The notes below the pieces were generated by a model. That model did no database searches. It was not told the origin of the DNA and saw only the letters and a list, made by a program, of their open reading frames with translations. Made by a program: the position numbers and the translations under genes. Shown here piece by piece: positions 9,268 through 24,200 of a stretch of DNA of 64,000 nt. Numbering within the stretch: position 1 is the stretch's first letter; the number at the start of each line of letters is the position of its first letter. Origin of the DNA: Squalus acanthias (taxonomy: Eukaryota); assembly GCA_030390025.1 (NCBI GenBank), contig JASTWF010000348.1:1-64000 (forward strand), written 5' to 3'.

Positions 9268-12200
9268 GCTGGTATCTGAGAGTGAGACAGGCTGTGTGTG
9301 GGTGATGGAGGAGCTGGTATCTGAGAGTGGGACAGGCTGTGTGTGGGTGATGGAGGAGCTGGTATCTGAGAGTGGGAAAGGCTGTGTGTGGGTGATGGAG
9401 GAGCTGGTATCTGAGAATGGGAAAGGCTGTGTGTGGGTGATGGAGGAGCTGGTATCTGAGAGTGGGAAAGGCTGTGTGTTAGTGATGGAGGAGCTGGTAT
9501 CTGAGACTGGGACAGGCTGTGTGTTAGTGATGGAGGTGCTGGAATCTGAGAGTGGGACAGACTGTGTGGGTGATGGAGGAGCTGGTGTCTGAGAGTGGGA
9601 CAGGCTGTGTGTGGGTGATGGAGGAGCTGGTATCTGAGAGTGAGACAGGCTGTGTGTGGGTGATGGAGGAGCTGGTATCTGAGAGCGGGACAGGCTGTGT
9701 GTGGGTGATGGAGGAGCTGGTATCTGAGAGTGGGACAGGCTGTGTGTGGGTGATGGAGGAGCTGGTATCTGAGAGTGGGAAAGGCTGTGTGTGGGTGATG
9801 GAGGAGCTGGTATCTGAGAATGGGAAAGGCTGTGTGTGGGTGATGGAGGAGCTGGTATCTGAGAGTGGGAAAGGCTGTGTGTTAGTGATGGAGGAGCTGG
9901 TATCTGAGACTGGGACAGGCTGTGTGTTAGTGATGGAGGTGCTGGTATCTGAGAGTGGGACAGACTGTGTGGGTGATGGAGGAGCTGGTATCTGAGAGTG
10001 GGACAGGCTGTCTGTGGGTGATGGAGGAGCTGGTATCTGAGAATGGGACAGGCTGTGTGTTAGTGATGGAGGAGCTGGTATCTGAGAGTGGGACAGGCTG
10101 TGTGTGGGTGATGGAGGAGCTGGTATCTGAGAGTGAGACAGGCTGTGTGTGGGTGATGGAGGAGCTGGTATCTGAGAGCGGGACAGGCTGTGTGTGGGTG
10201 ATGGAGGAGCTGGTATCTGAGAGTGGGACAGGCTGTGTGTGGGTGATGGAGGAGCTGGTATCTGAGAGTGAGACAGGCTGTGTGTGGGTGATGGAGGAGC
10301 TGGTATCTGAGAGTGGGACAGGCTGCGTGTGGGTGATGGAGGAGCTGGTATCTGAGAGTGGGACAGGCTGTGTGTGGGTGATGGAGGAGCTGGTATCTGA
10401 GAATGGGACAGGCTGTGTGTTAGTGATGGAGGAGCTGGTGTCTGAGAGTGGGACAGGCTGTGTTAGTTTTGGAGGAGCTGGTATCTGAGACTGGGACAGG
10501 CTGTGTGGGTGATGGAAGAGCTGGTATCTGAGAGTGGGACAGGCTGTGTGGGTGATGGAGGAGCTGGTATCTGAGAGTGGGACAGGCTGTGTGTTAGTGA
10601 TGGAGGAGCTGGTATCTGAGAGTGGGACAGGCTGTGTGTTAGTGATGGAGGAGCTGGTATCTGAGAGTGGGACAGGCTGTGTGTGGGTGATGGAGGAGCT
10701 GGTATCTGAGAATGGGACAGGCTGTGTGGGTGATGGAGGAGCTGGTATCTGAGAGTGGGACAGGCTGTGTGTGGGTGATGGAGGAGCTGGTATCAGAGAG
10801 TGGGACAGGCTGTGTGTTAGTGATGGAGGAGCTGGTATCGGAGAGTGGGACAGGCTGTGTGTGGGTGATGGAGGAGCTGGTATCTGAGAGTGGGACAGGC
10901 CGTGTGTGGGTGATGGAGGAGCTGGTATCTGAGAGTGGGACAGGCTGTGTGTGGGTGATGGAGGAGCTGGTATCTGAGAGTGGGACAGGCTGTGTGTGGG
11001 TGAAGGAGGAGCTGGTATCTGAGAGTGGGACAGGCTGTGTGTGGCTGATGGAGGAGCTGGTATCTGAGAGTGAGATAGACTGTGTGTGGGTGATGGAGGA
11101 GCTGGTATCTGAGAGTGAGACAGGCTGTGTGTGGGTGATGGAGGAGCTGGTATCTGAGAGCGGGACAGGCTGTGTGTGGGTGATGGAGGAGCTGGTATCT
11201 GAGAGTGGGACAGGCTGTGTGTGGGTGATGGAGGAGCTGGTATCTGAGAGTGGGAAAGGCTGTGTGTGGGTGATGGAGGAGCTGGTATCTGAGTGTGGGA
11301 CAGGCTGTGTGTGGGTGAAGGAGGAGCTGGTATCTGAGAGTGGGACAGGCTGTGTGTGGGTGATGGAGGAGCTGGTATCTGAGAGTGAGACAGGCTGTGT
11401 GTGGGTGTTGGAAGAGCTGGTATCTGAGAGTGGGACGGGCTGTGTGTTAGTGATGGAGGAGCTGGTATCTGAGAGTGGAACAGGCTGTGTGTGAGTGATG
11501 TAGGAGCTGGTATCTGAGAGTGGGACAGGCTGTGTGTGGGTGATGGAGGAGCTGGTATCAGAGAGTGGGACAGGCTGTGTGTGGGTGATGGAGGAGCTGG
11601 TATCAGAGAGTGGGACAGGCTGTGTGTTAGTGATGGAGGAGCTGGTATCTGAGAGTGGGACAGGCTGTGTGTGGGTGATGGAGGAGCTGGTATCTGAGAG
11701 TGGGACAGGCTGTGTGTGGGTGATGGAGGAGCTGGTATCTGAGAGTGGGACAGGCTGTGTGTGGGTGATGGAGGAGCTGGTATCTGAGAGTGGGACAGGC
11801 TGTGTGTGGGTGATGGAGGTGCTGGTATCTGAGAGTGGGACAGGCTGTGTGTGGGTGATGGAGGAGCTGGTATCTGAGAGTGGGACAGGCTGTGTGGGTG
11901 ATGGAGGAGCTGGTATCTGAGAGTGGGACAGGCTGTCTGTTAGTGATGGAGGAGCTGGTATCTGAGAGTGGGACAGGCTGTGTGTTAGTGATGGAGGAGC
12001 TGGTATCTGAGAGTGTGACAGGCTGTGTGTGGGTGATGGAGGAGCTGGTATCTTAGAGTGGGACAGGCTGTGTGTGGGTGTTGGAGGAGCTGGTATCTGA
12101 GAGTGGAACAGGCTGTGTTAGTGATGGAGGAGCTGGTATCTGAGAGTGGGACAGGCTGTGTGTGGGTGATGGAGGAGCTGGTATCTGAGAGTGGGACGGG

Positions 12201-15200
12201 CTGTGTGTTAGTGATGGAGGAGCTGGTATCTGAGAGTGGGACAGGCTGTGTGTGGGTGATGGAGGAGCTGGTATCTGAGAGTGGGACAGGCTGTGTGTGG
12301 GTGATGGAGGAGCTGGTATGAGAGTGGGACAGGCTGTGTGTGGGTGATGGAGGAGCTGGTATCTGAGAGTGGGACAGGCTGTGTGTGAGTGATGGAGGAG
12401 CTGGTATCTGAGAGTGGAACAGGCTGTGTGTGGGTGATGGAGGAGCTGGTATCTGAGAGTGGGACAGACTGTGTGTGGGTGATGGAGGTGCTGGTATCTG
12501 AGAGTGGGACAGGCTGTGTGTTAGTGATGGAGGAGCTGGTATCTGAGCGTGGGACAGGCTGTGTGTGGGTGATGGAGGTGCTGGTGTCTGAGAGTGGGAC
12601 AGGCTGTGTTAGTTTTGGAGGAGCTGGTATCTGGGAGTGGGACAGGCTGTGTGGGTGATGGAGGAGCTGGTATCTGAGAGTGGGACAGGCTGTGTGGGTG
12701 ATGGAGGAGCTGGTATCTGAGAGTGGGACAGGCTGTGTGTTAGTGATGGAGGAGCTGGTATCTGAGAGTGGGACAGGCTGTGTGTTAGTGATGGAGGAGC
12801 TGGTATCTGAGAGTGGGACAGGCTGTGTGTTAGTGATGGAGGAGCTGGTATCTGAGAGTGGGACAGGCTGTGTGTGGGTGATGGAGGAGCTGGTATCTGA
12901 GAGTGGGACAGGCTGTGTGGGTGATGGAGGAGCTGGTATCTGAGAGTGGGACAGGCTGTGTGTGGGTGATGGAGGAGCTGGTATCAGAGAGTGGGACAGG
13001 CTGTGTGTTAGTGATGGAGGAGCTGGTATCGGAGAGTGGGACAGGCTGTGTGTGGGTGATGGAGGAGCTGGTATCTGAGAGTGGGACAGGCCGTGTGTGC
13101 GTGATGGAGGAGCTGGTATCTGAGAGTGGGACAGGCTGTGTGTGGGTGATGGAGGAGCTGGTATCTGAGTGTGGGACAGGCTGTGTGTGGGTGAAGGAGG
13201 AGCTGGTATCTGAGAGTGGGACAGGCTGTGTGTGGGTGATGGAGGAGCTGGTATCTGAGAGTGAGACAGACTGTGTGTGGGTGTTGGAAGAGCTGGTATC
13301 TGAGAGTGGGACGGGCTGTGTGTTAGTGATGGAGGAGCTGGTATCTGAGAGTGGGACAGGCTGTGTGTGAGTGATGTAGGAGCTGGTATCTGAGAGTGGG
13401 ACAGGCTGTGTGTGGGTGATGGAGGAGCTGGTATCAGAGAGTGGGACAGGCTGTGTGTGGGTGATGGAGGAGCTGGTATCAGAGAGTGGGACAGGCTGTG
13501 TGTGGATGATGGAGGAGCTGGTATCTGAGAGTGGGACAGGCTGTGTGTGGGTGATGGAGGAGCTGGTATCTGAGAGTGGGACAGGCTGTGTGTGGGTGAT
13601 GGAGGAGCTGGTATCTGAGAGTGGGACAGGCTGTGTGTGGGTGATGGAGGAGCTGGTATCTGAGAGTGGGACAGGCTGTGTGTGGGTGATGGAGGTGCTG
13701 GTATCTGAGAGTGGGACAGGCTGTGTGTGGGTGATGGAGGAGCTGGTATCTGAGAGTGGGACAGGCTGTGTGGGTGATGGAGGAGCTGGTATCTGAGAGT
13801 GGGACAGGCTGTGTGTGGGTGATGGAGGAGCTGGTATCTGAGTGTGGGACAGGCTGTGTGTGGGTGATGAAGGAGCTGGTATCTGAGAGTGGGACAGGCT
13901 TTGTGTGGGTGATGGAGGAGCTGGTATCTGAGAGTGGGACAGGCTGTGTGTTAGTGATGGAGGAGCTGGTATCTGAGAGTGGGACAGGCTGTGTGTGGGT
14001 GATGGAGTTGCTGGTATCTGAGAGTGGGACATGCTGTGTGTTAGTGATGGAGGAGCTGGTATCTGAGAGTGGGACAGGCTGTGTGTGGGTGATGGAGGAG
14101 CTGGTATCTGAGAGTGCGACAGGCTGTGTGTGGGTGATGGAGGAGCTGGTATCTGAGAGTGGGACAGGCTGTGTGTGGGTGATGGAGGAGCTGGTATCTG
14201 AGAGTGGGACAGGCTGTGTGTTAGAGATGGAGGAGCTGGTACCTGATAGTTAGACAGGCTGTGTGTGGGTGATGGTGGAGCTGGTATCTGAGAGTGGGAC
14301 AGGCTGTGTGTGGGTGATGGAGGAGCTGGTATCTGAGAGTGGGACAGGCTGTGTGTTAGTGATGGAGGAGCTGGTATCTGAGAGTGGGACAGGCTGTGTG
14401 TTAGTGATGGAGGAGCTGGTATCTGAGAGTGGGACAGGCTGTGTGTTAGTGATGGAGGAGCTGGTATCTGAGATTGAGACAGGCTGTGTGTGTTAGTGAT
14501 GGAGGAGCTGGTACCTGAGAGTGGGACAGGTTTGTGTGTGGGTGATGGACGAGCTGGTATCTGAGAGTGGGACAGGCTGTGTGTGGGTGATGGAGGAGCT
14601 GGTATCTGAGAGTGGGACAGACTGTGTGTGGGTGATGGACGAGCTGGTATCTGAGAGTGGGACAGACTGTGTGTGGGTGATGGACGAGCTGGTATCTGAG
14701 AGTGGGACAGACTGTGTGTGGGTGATGGAGGAGCTGGTATCTGAGAGTGGGACAGGCTGTGTGTTAGTGATGGAGGAGCTGGTATCTGAGAGTGGGACAG
14801 GCTGTTTGTGGGTGATGGAGGAGCTGGTATCTGAGAGTGGGACAGGCTGTGTGTGGGTGATGGAGGAGCTGGTATCTGAGAGGGGGACAGGCTGTGTGTT
14901 AGTGATGGTGGAGCTGGTATCTGAGAGTGGGACAGGCTGTGTGTGGGTGATGGACGAGCTGGTATCTGAGAGTGGGACAGGCTGTGTGTTAGTGATGGAG
15001 GAGCTGGTATCTGAGAGTGGGACAGGCTGTGTGTGGGTGATGGAGGAGCTGGTATCTGAGTGTGGGACAGGCTGTGTGTGGGTGATGAAGGAGCTGGTAT
15101 CTGAGAGTTGGACAGACTGTGTTAGTGATGGAGGAGATGGTATCTGAGAGTGGGACAGGCTGTGTGTGGGTGATGGAGGAGCTGGTATCTGAGAGTGCGA

Positions 15201-18200
15201 CAGGCTGTGTGTGTTAGTGATGGAGGAGCTGGTATCTGAGAGTGGGACAGGCTTTGTGTGGGTGATGGAGGAGCTGGTATCTGAGAGTGGGACAGGCTGT
15301 GTGTTAGTGATGGAGGAGCTGGTATCTGAGAGTGGGACATGCTGTGTGTTAGTGATGGAGGAGCTGGTATCTGAGAGTGGGACAGGCTGTGTGTGGGTGA
15401 TGGAGGAGCTGGTATCTGAGAGTGCGACAGGCTGTGTGTGGGTGATGGAGGAGCTGGTATCTGAGAGTGGGACAGGCTGTGTGTGGGTGATGGAGGAGCT
15501 GGTATCTGAGAGTGGGACAGGCTGTGTGTTAGAGATGGAGGAGCTGGTACCTGATAGTTAGACAGGCTGTGTGTGGGTGATGGTGGAGCTGGTATCTGAG
15601 AGTGGGACAGGCTGTGTGTGGGTGATGGAGGAGCTGGTATCTGAGAGTGGGACAGGCTGTGTGTTAGTGATGGAGGAGCTGGTATCTGAGAGTGGGACAG
15701 GCTGTGTGTTAGTGATGGAGGAGCTGGTATCTGAGAGTGGGACAGGCTGTGTGTTAGTGATGGAGGAGCTGGTATCTGAGATTGAGACAGGCTGTGTGTG
15801 TTAGTGATGGAGGAGCTGGTACCTGAGAGTGGGACAGGTTTGTGTGTGGGTGATGGACGAGCTGGTATCTGAGAGTGGGACAGGCTGTGTGTGGGTGATG
15901 GACGAGCTGGTATCTGAGAGTGGGACAGACTGTGTGTGGGTGATGGAGGAGCTGGTATCTGAGAGTGGGACAGGCTGTGTGTTAGTGATGGAGGAGCTGG
16001 TATCTGAGAGTGGGACAGGCTGTTTGTGGGTGATGGAGGAGCTGGTATCTGAGAGTGGGACAGGCTGTGTGTGGGTGATGGAGGAGCTGGTATCTGAGAG
16101 GGGGACAGGCTGTGTGTTAGTGATGGTGGAGCTGGTATCTGAGAGTGGGACAGGCTGTGTGTGGGTGATGGACGAGCTGGTATCTGAGAGTGGGACAGGC
16201 TGTGTGTTAGTGATGGAGGAGCTGGTATCTGAGAGTGGGACAGGCTGTGTGTGGGTGATGGAGGAGCTGGTATCTGAGTGTGGGACAGGCTGTGTGTGGG
16301 TGATGAAGGAGCTGGTATCTGAGAGTTGGACAGACTGTGTTAGTGATGGAGGAGATGGTATCTGAGAGTGGGACAGGCTGTGTGTGGGTGATGGAGGAGC
16401 TGGTATCTGAGAGTGCGACAGGCTGTGTGTGTTAGTGATGGAGGAGCTGGTATCTGAGAGTGGGACAGGCTTTGTGTGGGTGATGGAGGAGCTGGTATCT
16501 GAGAGTGGGACAGGCTGTGTGTTAGTGATGGAGGAGCTGGTATCTGAGAGTGGGACAGGCTGTGTGTGGGTGATGGAGGAGCTGGTATCTGAGAGTGGGA
16601 CAGGCTGTGTGTGGGTGATGGAGGAGCTGGTATCTGAGAGTGGGACAGGCTGTGTGTGGGTGATGGAGGAGCTGGTATCTGAGAGTGGGACAGGCTGTGT
16701 GTGGGTGATGGAGGAGCTGGTATCTGAGAGTGGGACAGGCTGTGTGTGGGTGATGGAGGTGCTGGTATCTGAGAGGGGGACAGGCTGTGTGTTAGTGATG
16801 GAGGAGCTGGTATCTGAGCGTGGGACAGGCTGTGTGTGGGTGATGGAGGTGCTGGTATCTGAGAGTGGGACAGGCTGTGTGTGGGTGATGGAGGAGCTGG
16901 TATCTGAGAGTGGGACAGGTTGTGTGGGTGATGGAGGAGCTGGTATCTGAGAGTGGGACAGGCTGTGTGTTAGCGATGGAGGAGCTGGTGTCTGAGAGTG
17001 GGACAGGCTGTGTTAGTGATGGAGGAGCTGGTATCTGAGAGTGGGACAGGCTGTGTGTTAGTGATGGAGGAGCTGGTATCTGAGAGTGGGACAGGCTGTG
17101 TGTGGGTGATGGAGGAGCTGGTATCTGAGAGTGGGACAGGCTGCGTGTGGGTGATGGAGGAGCTGGTATCTGAGAGTGCGACAGGCTGTTTGTGGGTGAT
17201 GGAGGAGCTGGTATCTGAGAGTGGGACAGGCTGTGTGTTAGTGATGGAGGAGCTGGTATCTGAGAGTGGGACAGGCTGTGTGTGGGTGATGGAGGAGCTG
17301 GTATCTGAGAGTGCGACAGGCTGTGTGTGGGTGATGGAGGAGCTGGTATCTGAGAGTGGGACAGGCTGTGTGTGGGTGATGGAGGAGCTGGTATCTGAGA
17401 GTGGGACAGGCTGTGTGTTAGAGATGGAGGAGCTGGTACCTGATAGTTAGACAGGCTGTGTGTGGGTGATGGTGGAGCTGGTATCTGAGAGTGGGACAGG
17501 CTGTGTGTGGGTGATGGAGGAGCTGGTATCTGAGAGTGGGACAGGCTGTGTGTTAGTGATGGAGGAGCTGGTATCTGAGAGTGGGACAGGCTGTGTGTTA
17601 GTGATGGAGGAGCTGGTATCTGAGAGTGGGACAGGCTGTGTGTTAGTGATGGAGGAGCTGGTATCTGAGATTGAGACAGGCTGTGTGTGTTAGTGATGGA
17701 GGAGCTGGTACCTGAGAGTGGGACAGGTTTGTGTGTGGGTGATGGACGAGCTGGTATCTGAGAGTGGGACAGGCTGTGTGTGGGTGAGGGAGGAGCTGGT
17801 ATCTGAGAGTGGGACAGGCTGTGTGTGGGGGTGATGGAGGAGCTGGTATCTGAGAGTGGGACAGGCTGTGTGTGGGTGATGGAGGAGCTGGTATCTGAGA
17901 GTGGGACAGGCTGTGTGTGGGTGAGGGAGGAGCTGGTATCTGAGAGTGGGACAGGCTGTGTGTGGGTGATGGAGGAGCTGGTATCTGAGAGTGGGACAGG
18001 CTGTGTGTTAGTGATGGAGGAGCTGGTATCTGAGAGTGGGACAGGCTGTGTGTGGGTGATGGAGGAGCTGGTATCTGAGAGGGGGACAGGCTGTGTGTTA
18101 GTGATGGTGGAGCTGGTATCTGAGAGTGGGACAGGCTGTGTGTGGGTGATGGACGAGCTGGTATCTGAGAGTGGGACAGGCTGTGTGTTAGTGATGGAGG

Positions 18201-21200
18201 AGCTGGTATCTGAGAGTGGGACAGGCTGTGTGTGGGTGATGGAGGAGCTGGTATCTGAGTGTGGGACAGGCTGTGTGTGGGTGATGAAGGAGCTGGTATC
18301 TGAGAGTTGGACAGACTGTGTTAGTGATGGAGGAGATGGTATCTGAGAGTGGGACAGGCTGTGTGTGGGTGATGGAGGAGCTGGTATCTGAGAGTGCGAC
18401 AGGCTGTGTGTGTTAGTGATGGAGGAGCTGGTATCTGAGAGTGGGACAGGCTTTGTGTGGGTGATGGAGGAGCTGGTATCTGAGAGTGGGACAGGCTGTG
18501 TGTTAGTGATGGAGGAGCTGGTATCTGAGAGTGGGACAGGCTGTGTGTGGGTGATGGAGGAGCTGGTATCTGAGAGTGGGACAGGCTGTGTGTGGGTGAT
18601 GGAGGAGCTGGTATCTGAGAGTGGGACAGGCTGTGTGTGGGTGATGGAGGAGCTGGTATCTGAGAGTGGGACAGGCTGTGTGTGGGTGATGGAGGAGCTG
18701 GTATCTGAGAGTGGGACAGGCTGTGTGTGGGTGATGGAGGTGCTGGTATCTGAGAGGGGGACAGGCTGTGTGTTAGTGATGGAGGAGCTGGTATCTGAGC
18801 GTGGGACAGGCTGTGTGTGGGTGATGGAGGTGCTGGTATCTGAGAGTGGGACAGGCTGTGTGTGGGTGATGGAGGAGCTGGTATCTGAGAGTGGGACAGG
18901 TTGTGTGGGTGATGGAGGAGCTGGTATCTGAGAGTGGGACAGGCTGTGTGTTAGCGATGGAGGAGCTGGTGTCTGAGAGTGGGACAGGCTGTGTTAGTGA
19001 TGGAGGAGCTGGTATCTGAGAGTGGGACAGGCTGTGTGTTAGTGATGGAGGAGCTGGTATCTGAGAGTGGGACAGGCTGTGTGTGGGTGATGGAGGAGCT
19101 GGTATCTGAGAGTGGGACAGGCTGCGTGTGGGTGATGGAGGAGCTGGTATCTGAGAGTGCGACAGGCTGTTTGTGGGTGATGGAGGAGCTGGTATCTGAG
19201 AGTGGGACAGGCTGTGTGTTAGTGATGGAGGAGCTGGTATCTGAGAGTGGGACAGGCTGTGTGTGGGTGATGGAGGAGCTGGTATCTGAGAGTGGGACAG
19301 GCTGTGTGTGGGTGATGGAGGAGCTGGTATCTGAGAGTGGGACAGGCTGTGTGTTGATGATGGAGGAGCTGGTATCTGAGTGGGACAGGCTGTGTGTGGG
19401 TGATGGAGGAGCTGGTATCTGAGAGTGGGACAGGCTGTGTGTGGGTGATGGAGGAGCTGGTATCTGAGAGTGGGACAGGCTGTGTGTGGGTGATGGAGGA
19501 GCTGGTATCTGAGAGTGGGACAGGCTGTGTGTGGGTGATGGAGGAGCTGCTATCTGAGAGTGCGACAGGCTGTGTGTGTTAGTGATGGAGGAGCTGGTAT
19601 CTGAGAGTGGGACAGGCTTTGTGTTAGTGATGGAGGAGCTGGTATCTGAGAGTGGGACAGGCTATGTGTGGGTGATGGAGGTGCTGGTATCTGTGAGTGG
19701 GACAGGCTGTGTGTTAGTGATGGAGGAGCTGGAATCTGAGAGTGGGCCAGGCTGTGTGTGGGTGATGGAGGTGCTGGTATCTGAGAGTGGGACAGGCTGT
19801 GTGTTAGTGATGGAGGAGCTGGTATCTGAGAGTGGGACAGGCTGTGTGTTAGTGATGGAGGAGCTGGTATCTGAGAGTGGGACAGGCTGTGTGTGGGTGA
19901 TGGAGGTGCTGGTATCTGAGAGTGGGACAGGCTGTGTGTTAGTGATGGAGGAGCTGGAATCTGAGAGTGGGCCAGGATGTGTGTGGGTGATGGAGGTGCT
20001 GGTATCTGAGAGTGGGACAGGCTGTGTGTGGGTGATGGAGGAGCTGGTATCTGAGAGTGGGACAGGCTGTGTGGGTGATGGAGGAGCTGGTATCTGAGAG
20101 TGGGACAGGCTGTGTGTTAGTGATGGAGGAGCTGGTATCTGAGAGTGGGACAGGCTGTGTTAGTGATGGAGGAGCTGGTATCTGAGAGTGGGACAGGCTG
20201 TGTGTTAGTGATGGAGGAGCTGGTATCTGAGAGTGGGACAGGCTGTGTGTGGGTGATGGAGGAGCTGGTATCTGAGAGTGGGACAGGCTGTGTGTGGGTG
20301 ATGGAGGAGCTGGTATCTGAGAGTCGGACAGGCTGTGTGTGTGTGATGGAGGAGCTGGTATCTGAGAGTGGGACAGGCTGTGTGTGGGTGATGGAGCAGC
20401 TGGTATCTGAGAGTGGGACAGGCTGTGTGTGGGTGATGGAGGAGCTGGTATCTGAGAGTAGAACAGGCTGTGTTAGTGATGGAGGAGCTGGTATCTGAGA
20501 GTGGGACAGGCTGTGTGTTGGTGATGGAGGAGCTGGTATCTGAGTAGGACAGGCTGTGTGTGGGTGATGGAGGAGCTGGTATCTGAGAGTGGGACAGGCT
20601 GTGTGTGGGTGATGGAGGAGCTGGTATCTGAGAGTGGGACAGGCTGTGTGTGGGTGATGGAGGAGCTGGTATCTGAGAGTCGGACAGGCTGTGTGTGTGT
20701 GATGGAGGAGCTGGTATCTGAGAGTGGAACAGGCTGTGTTAGTGATGGAGGAGCTGGTATCTGAGAGTGGGACAGGCTGTGTGTTGGTGATGGAGGAGCT
20801 GGTATCTGAGTAGGACAGGCTGTGTGTGGGTGATGGAGGAGCTGGTATCTGAGAGTGGGACAGGCTGTGTGTGGGTGATGGAGGAGCTGGTATCTGAGAG
20901 TGGGACAGGCTTTGTGTGGGTGATGGAGGATCTAGTATCTGAGAGTGGGACAAGCTGTGTGTGGGTGATGGAGGAGCTGGTATCGGAGAGTGGGACAGGC
21001 TGTGTGTGAGTGATGGAGGAGCTGGTATCTGAGTAGGACAGGCTGTGTGTGGGTGATGGAGGAGCTGGTATCTGAGAGTGGGACAGGCTGTGTGTGGGTG
21101 ATGGAGGAGCTGGTATCTGAGAGTGGGACAGGCTGTGTGTGGGTGATGGAGGAGCTGGTATCTGAGAGTGCGACAGGCTGTGTGTGTTAGTGATGGAGGA

Positions 21201-24200
21201 GCTGGTATCTGAGAGTGGGACAGGCTTTGTGTGGGTGATGGAGGAGCTGGTATCTGAGAGTGGGACAGGCTGTGTGTTAGTGATGGAGGAGCTGGTATCT
21301 GAGAGTGGGACAGGCTGTGTGTGGGTGATGGAGGTGCTGGTATCTGAGAGTGGGACAGGCTGTGTGTGGGTGATGGAGGAGCTGGTATCTGAGAGTGGGA
21401 CAGGCTGTGTGTGGGTGATGGAGGTGCTGGTATCTGAGAGTGGGACAGGCTGAGTGTGGGTGATGGAGGAGCTGGTATCTGAGAGTGGGACAGGCTGTGT
21501 GGGTGATGGAGGAGCTGGTATCTGAGAGTGGGACAGGCTGTGTGTTAGTGATGGAGGAGCTGGTATCTGAGAGTGGGACAGGCTGTGTGTGGGTGATGGA
21601 GGAGCTGGTATCTGAGAGTGGGAAAGGCTGTGTTAGTGATGCAGGAGCTGGTATCTGAGAGTGGGACAGGCTGTGTGTTAGTGATGGAGGAGCTGGTATC
21701 TGAGAGTGGGACAGGCTGTGTGTTAGCGATGGAGGAGCTGGTATCTGAGAGTGGGACAGGCTGTGTGTTAGTGATGGAGAGCTGGTATCTGAGAGTGGGA
21801 CAGGCTGTGTGTGGGTGATGGAGGAGCTGGTATCTGAGAGTGGGACAGGCTGTGTGTGGGTGATGGAGGAGCTGGTATCTGAGAGTGGGACAGGCTGTGT
21901 GTGGGTGATGGAGGAGCTGGTATCTGAGAGTGGGACAGGCTGTGTTAGTGATGGAGGAGCTGGTATCTGAGAGTGGGACAGGCTGTGTGTTAGTGATGGA
22001 GGAGCTGGTATCTTAGAGTGGGACAGGCTTTGTGTGGGTGATGGAGGAGCTGGTATCTGAGAGTGGGACAGGCTGTGTGGCTGATGGAGGAGCTGGTATC
22101 TGAGAGTGGGACAGGCTGTGTGTTAGTGATGGAGGAGCTGGTATCTGAGAGTGGGACAGGCTGTGTTTTAGTGATGGAGGAGCTGGTATCTGAGAGTGGG
22201 ACAGGCTGTGTGTGGGTGATGGAGGAGCTGGTATCTGAGAGTGGGACAGGCTGTGTGTGGGTGAAGGAGGAGCTGGTATCTGAGAGTGGGACAGGCTGTG
22301 TGTGGGTGATGGAGGAGCTGGTATCTGAGAGTGGGACAGACTGTGTGTGGGTGATGGAGGTGCTGGTATCTGAGAGTGGGACAGGCTGTGTGTTAGTGAT
22401 GGAGGAGCTGGTATCTGGGCGTGGGACAGGCTGTGTGTGGGTGATGGAGGTGCTGGTATCTGAGAGTGGGACAGGCTGTGTGTGGGTGATGGAGGAGCTG
22501 GTATCTGAGAGTGGGACAGGCTGTGTGTTCGTGATGGAGGAGCTGGTATCTGAGAGTGGGACAGGCTGTGTGTTAGCGATGGAGGAGCTGGTATCTGAGA
22601 GTGGGACAGGCTGTGTGTGGGTGATGGAGGAGCTGGTATCTGAGAGTGGGACAGGCTGTGTTAGTGATGGAGGAGCTGGTATCTGAGAGTGGGACAGGCT
22701 GTGTGTTAGTGATGGAGGAGCTGGTATCTTAGAGTGGGACAGGCTTTGTTGGGTGATGGAGGAGCTGGTATCTGAGAGTGGGACAGGCTGTGTGGGTGAT
22801 GGAGGAGCTGGTATCTGAGAGTGGGACAGGCTGTGTGTTAGTGATGGAGGAGCTGGTATCTGAGAGTGGGACAGGCTGTGTTAGTGATGGAGGAGCTGGT
22901 ATCTGAGAGTGGGACAGGCTGTGTGTTAGTGATGGAGGAGCTGGTATCTGAGAGTGGGACAGGCTGTGTGTTAGCGATGGAGGAGCTGGTATCTGAGAGT
23001 GGGACAGGCTGTGTGTGGGTGATGGAGGAGCTGGTATCTGAGAGTGGGACAGGCTGTGTTAGTGATGGAGGAGCTGGTATCTGAGAGTGGGACAGGCTGT
23101 GTGTTAGTGATGGAGGAGCTGGTATCTTAGAGTGGGACAGGCTTTGTGTGGGTGATGGAGGAGCTGGTATCTGAGAGTGGGACAGGCTGTGTGGCTGATG
23201 GAGGAGCTGGTATCTGAGAGTGGGACAGGCTGTGTGTTCGTGATGGAGGAGCTGGTATCTGAGAGTGGGACAGGCTGTGTGTTAGTGATGGAGGAGCTGG
23301 TATCTGAGAGTGGGACAGGCTGTGTGTTAGCGATGGAGGAGCTGGTATCTGAGAGTGGGACAGGCTGTGTGTGGGTGATGGAGGAGCTGGTATCTGAGAG
23401 TGGGACAGGCTGTGTTAGTGATGGAGGAGCTGGTATCTGAGAGTGGGACAGGCTGTGTGTTAGTGATGGAGGAGCTGGTATCTTAGAGTGGGACAGGCTT
23501 TGTGTGGGTGATGGAGGAGCTGGTATCTGAGAGTGGGACAGGCTGTGTGGCTGATGGAGGAGCTGGTATCTGAGAGTGGGACAGGCTGTGTGTTAGTGAT
23601 GGAGGAGCTGGTATCTGAGAGTGGGACAGGCTGTGTGTTAGTGATGGAGGAGCTGGTATCTGAGAGTGGGACAGGCTGTGTGTGGGTGATGGAGGAGCTG
23701 GTATCTGAGAGTGGGACAGGCTGTGTGTGGGTGAAGGAGGAGCTGGTATCTGAGAGTGGGACAGGCTGTGTGTGGGTGATGGAGGAGCTGGTATCTGAGA
23801 GTGGGACAGGCTGTGTGTGGGTGATGGAGGTGCTGGTATCTGAGAGTGGGACAGGCTGTGTGTTAGTGATGGAGGAGCTGGTATCTGAGCGTGGGACAGG
23901 CTGTGTGTGGGTGATGGAGTTGCTGGTATCTGAGAGTGGGACAGGCTGTGTGTGGGTGATGGAGGAGCTGGTATCTGAGAGTGGGACAGGCTGTGTGGGT
24001 GATGCAGGAGCTGGTATCTGAGAGTGGGACAGGCTGTGTGTTAGTGATGGAGGAGCTGGTATCTGAGAGTGGGACAGGCTGTGTTAGTGATGGAGGAGCT
24101 GGTATCTGAGAGTGGGACAGGCTGTGTGTTAGTGATGGAGGAGCTGGTATCTGAGAGTGGGACAGGCTGTGTGTTAGTGATGGAGGAGCTGGTATCTGAG

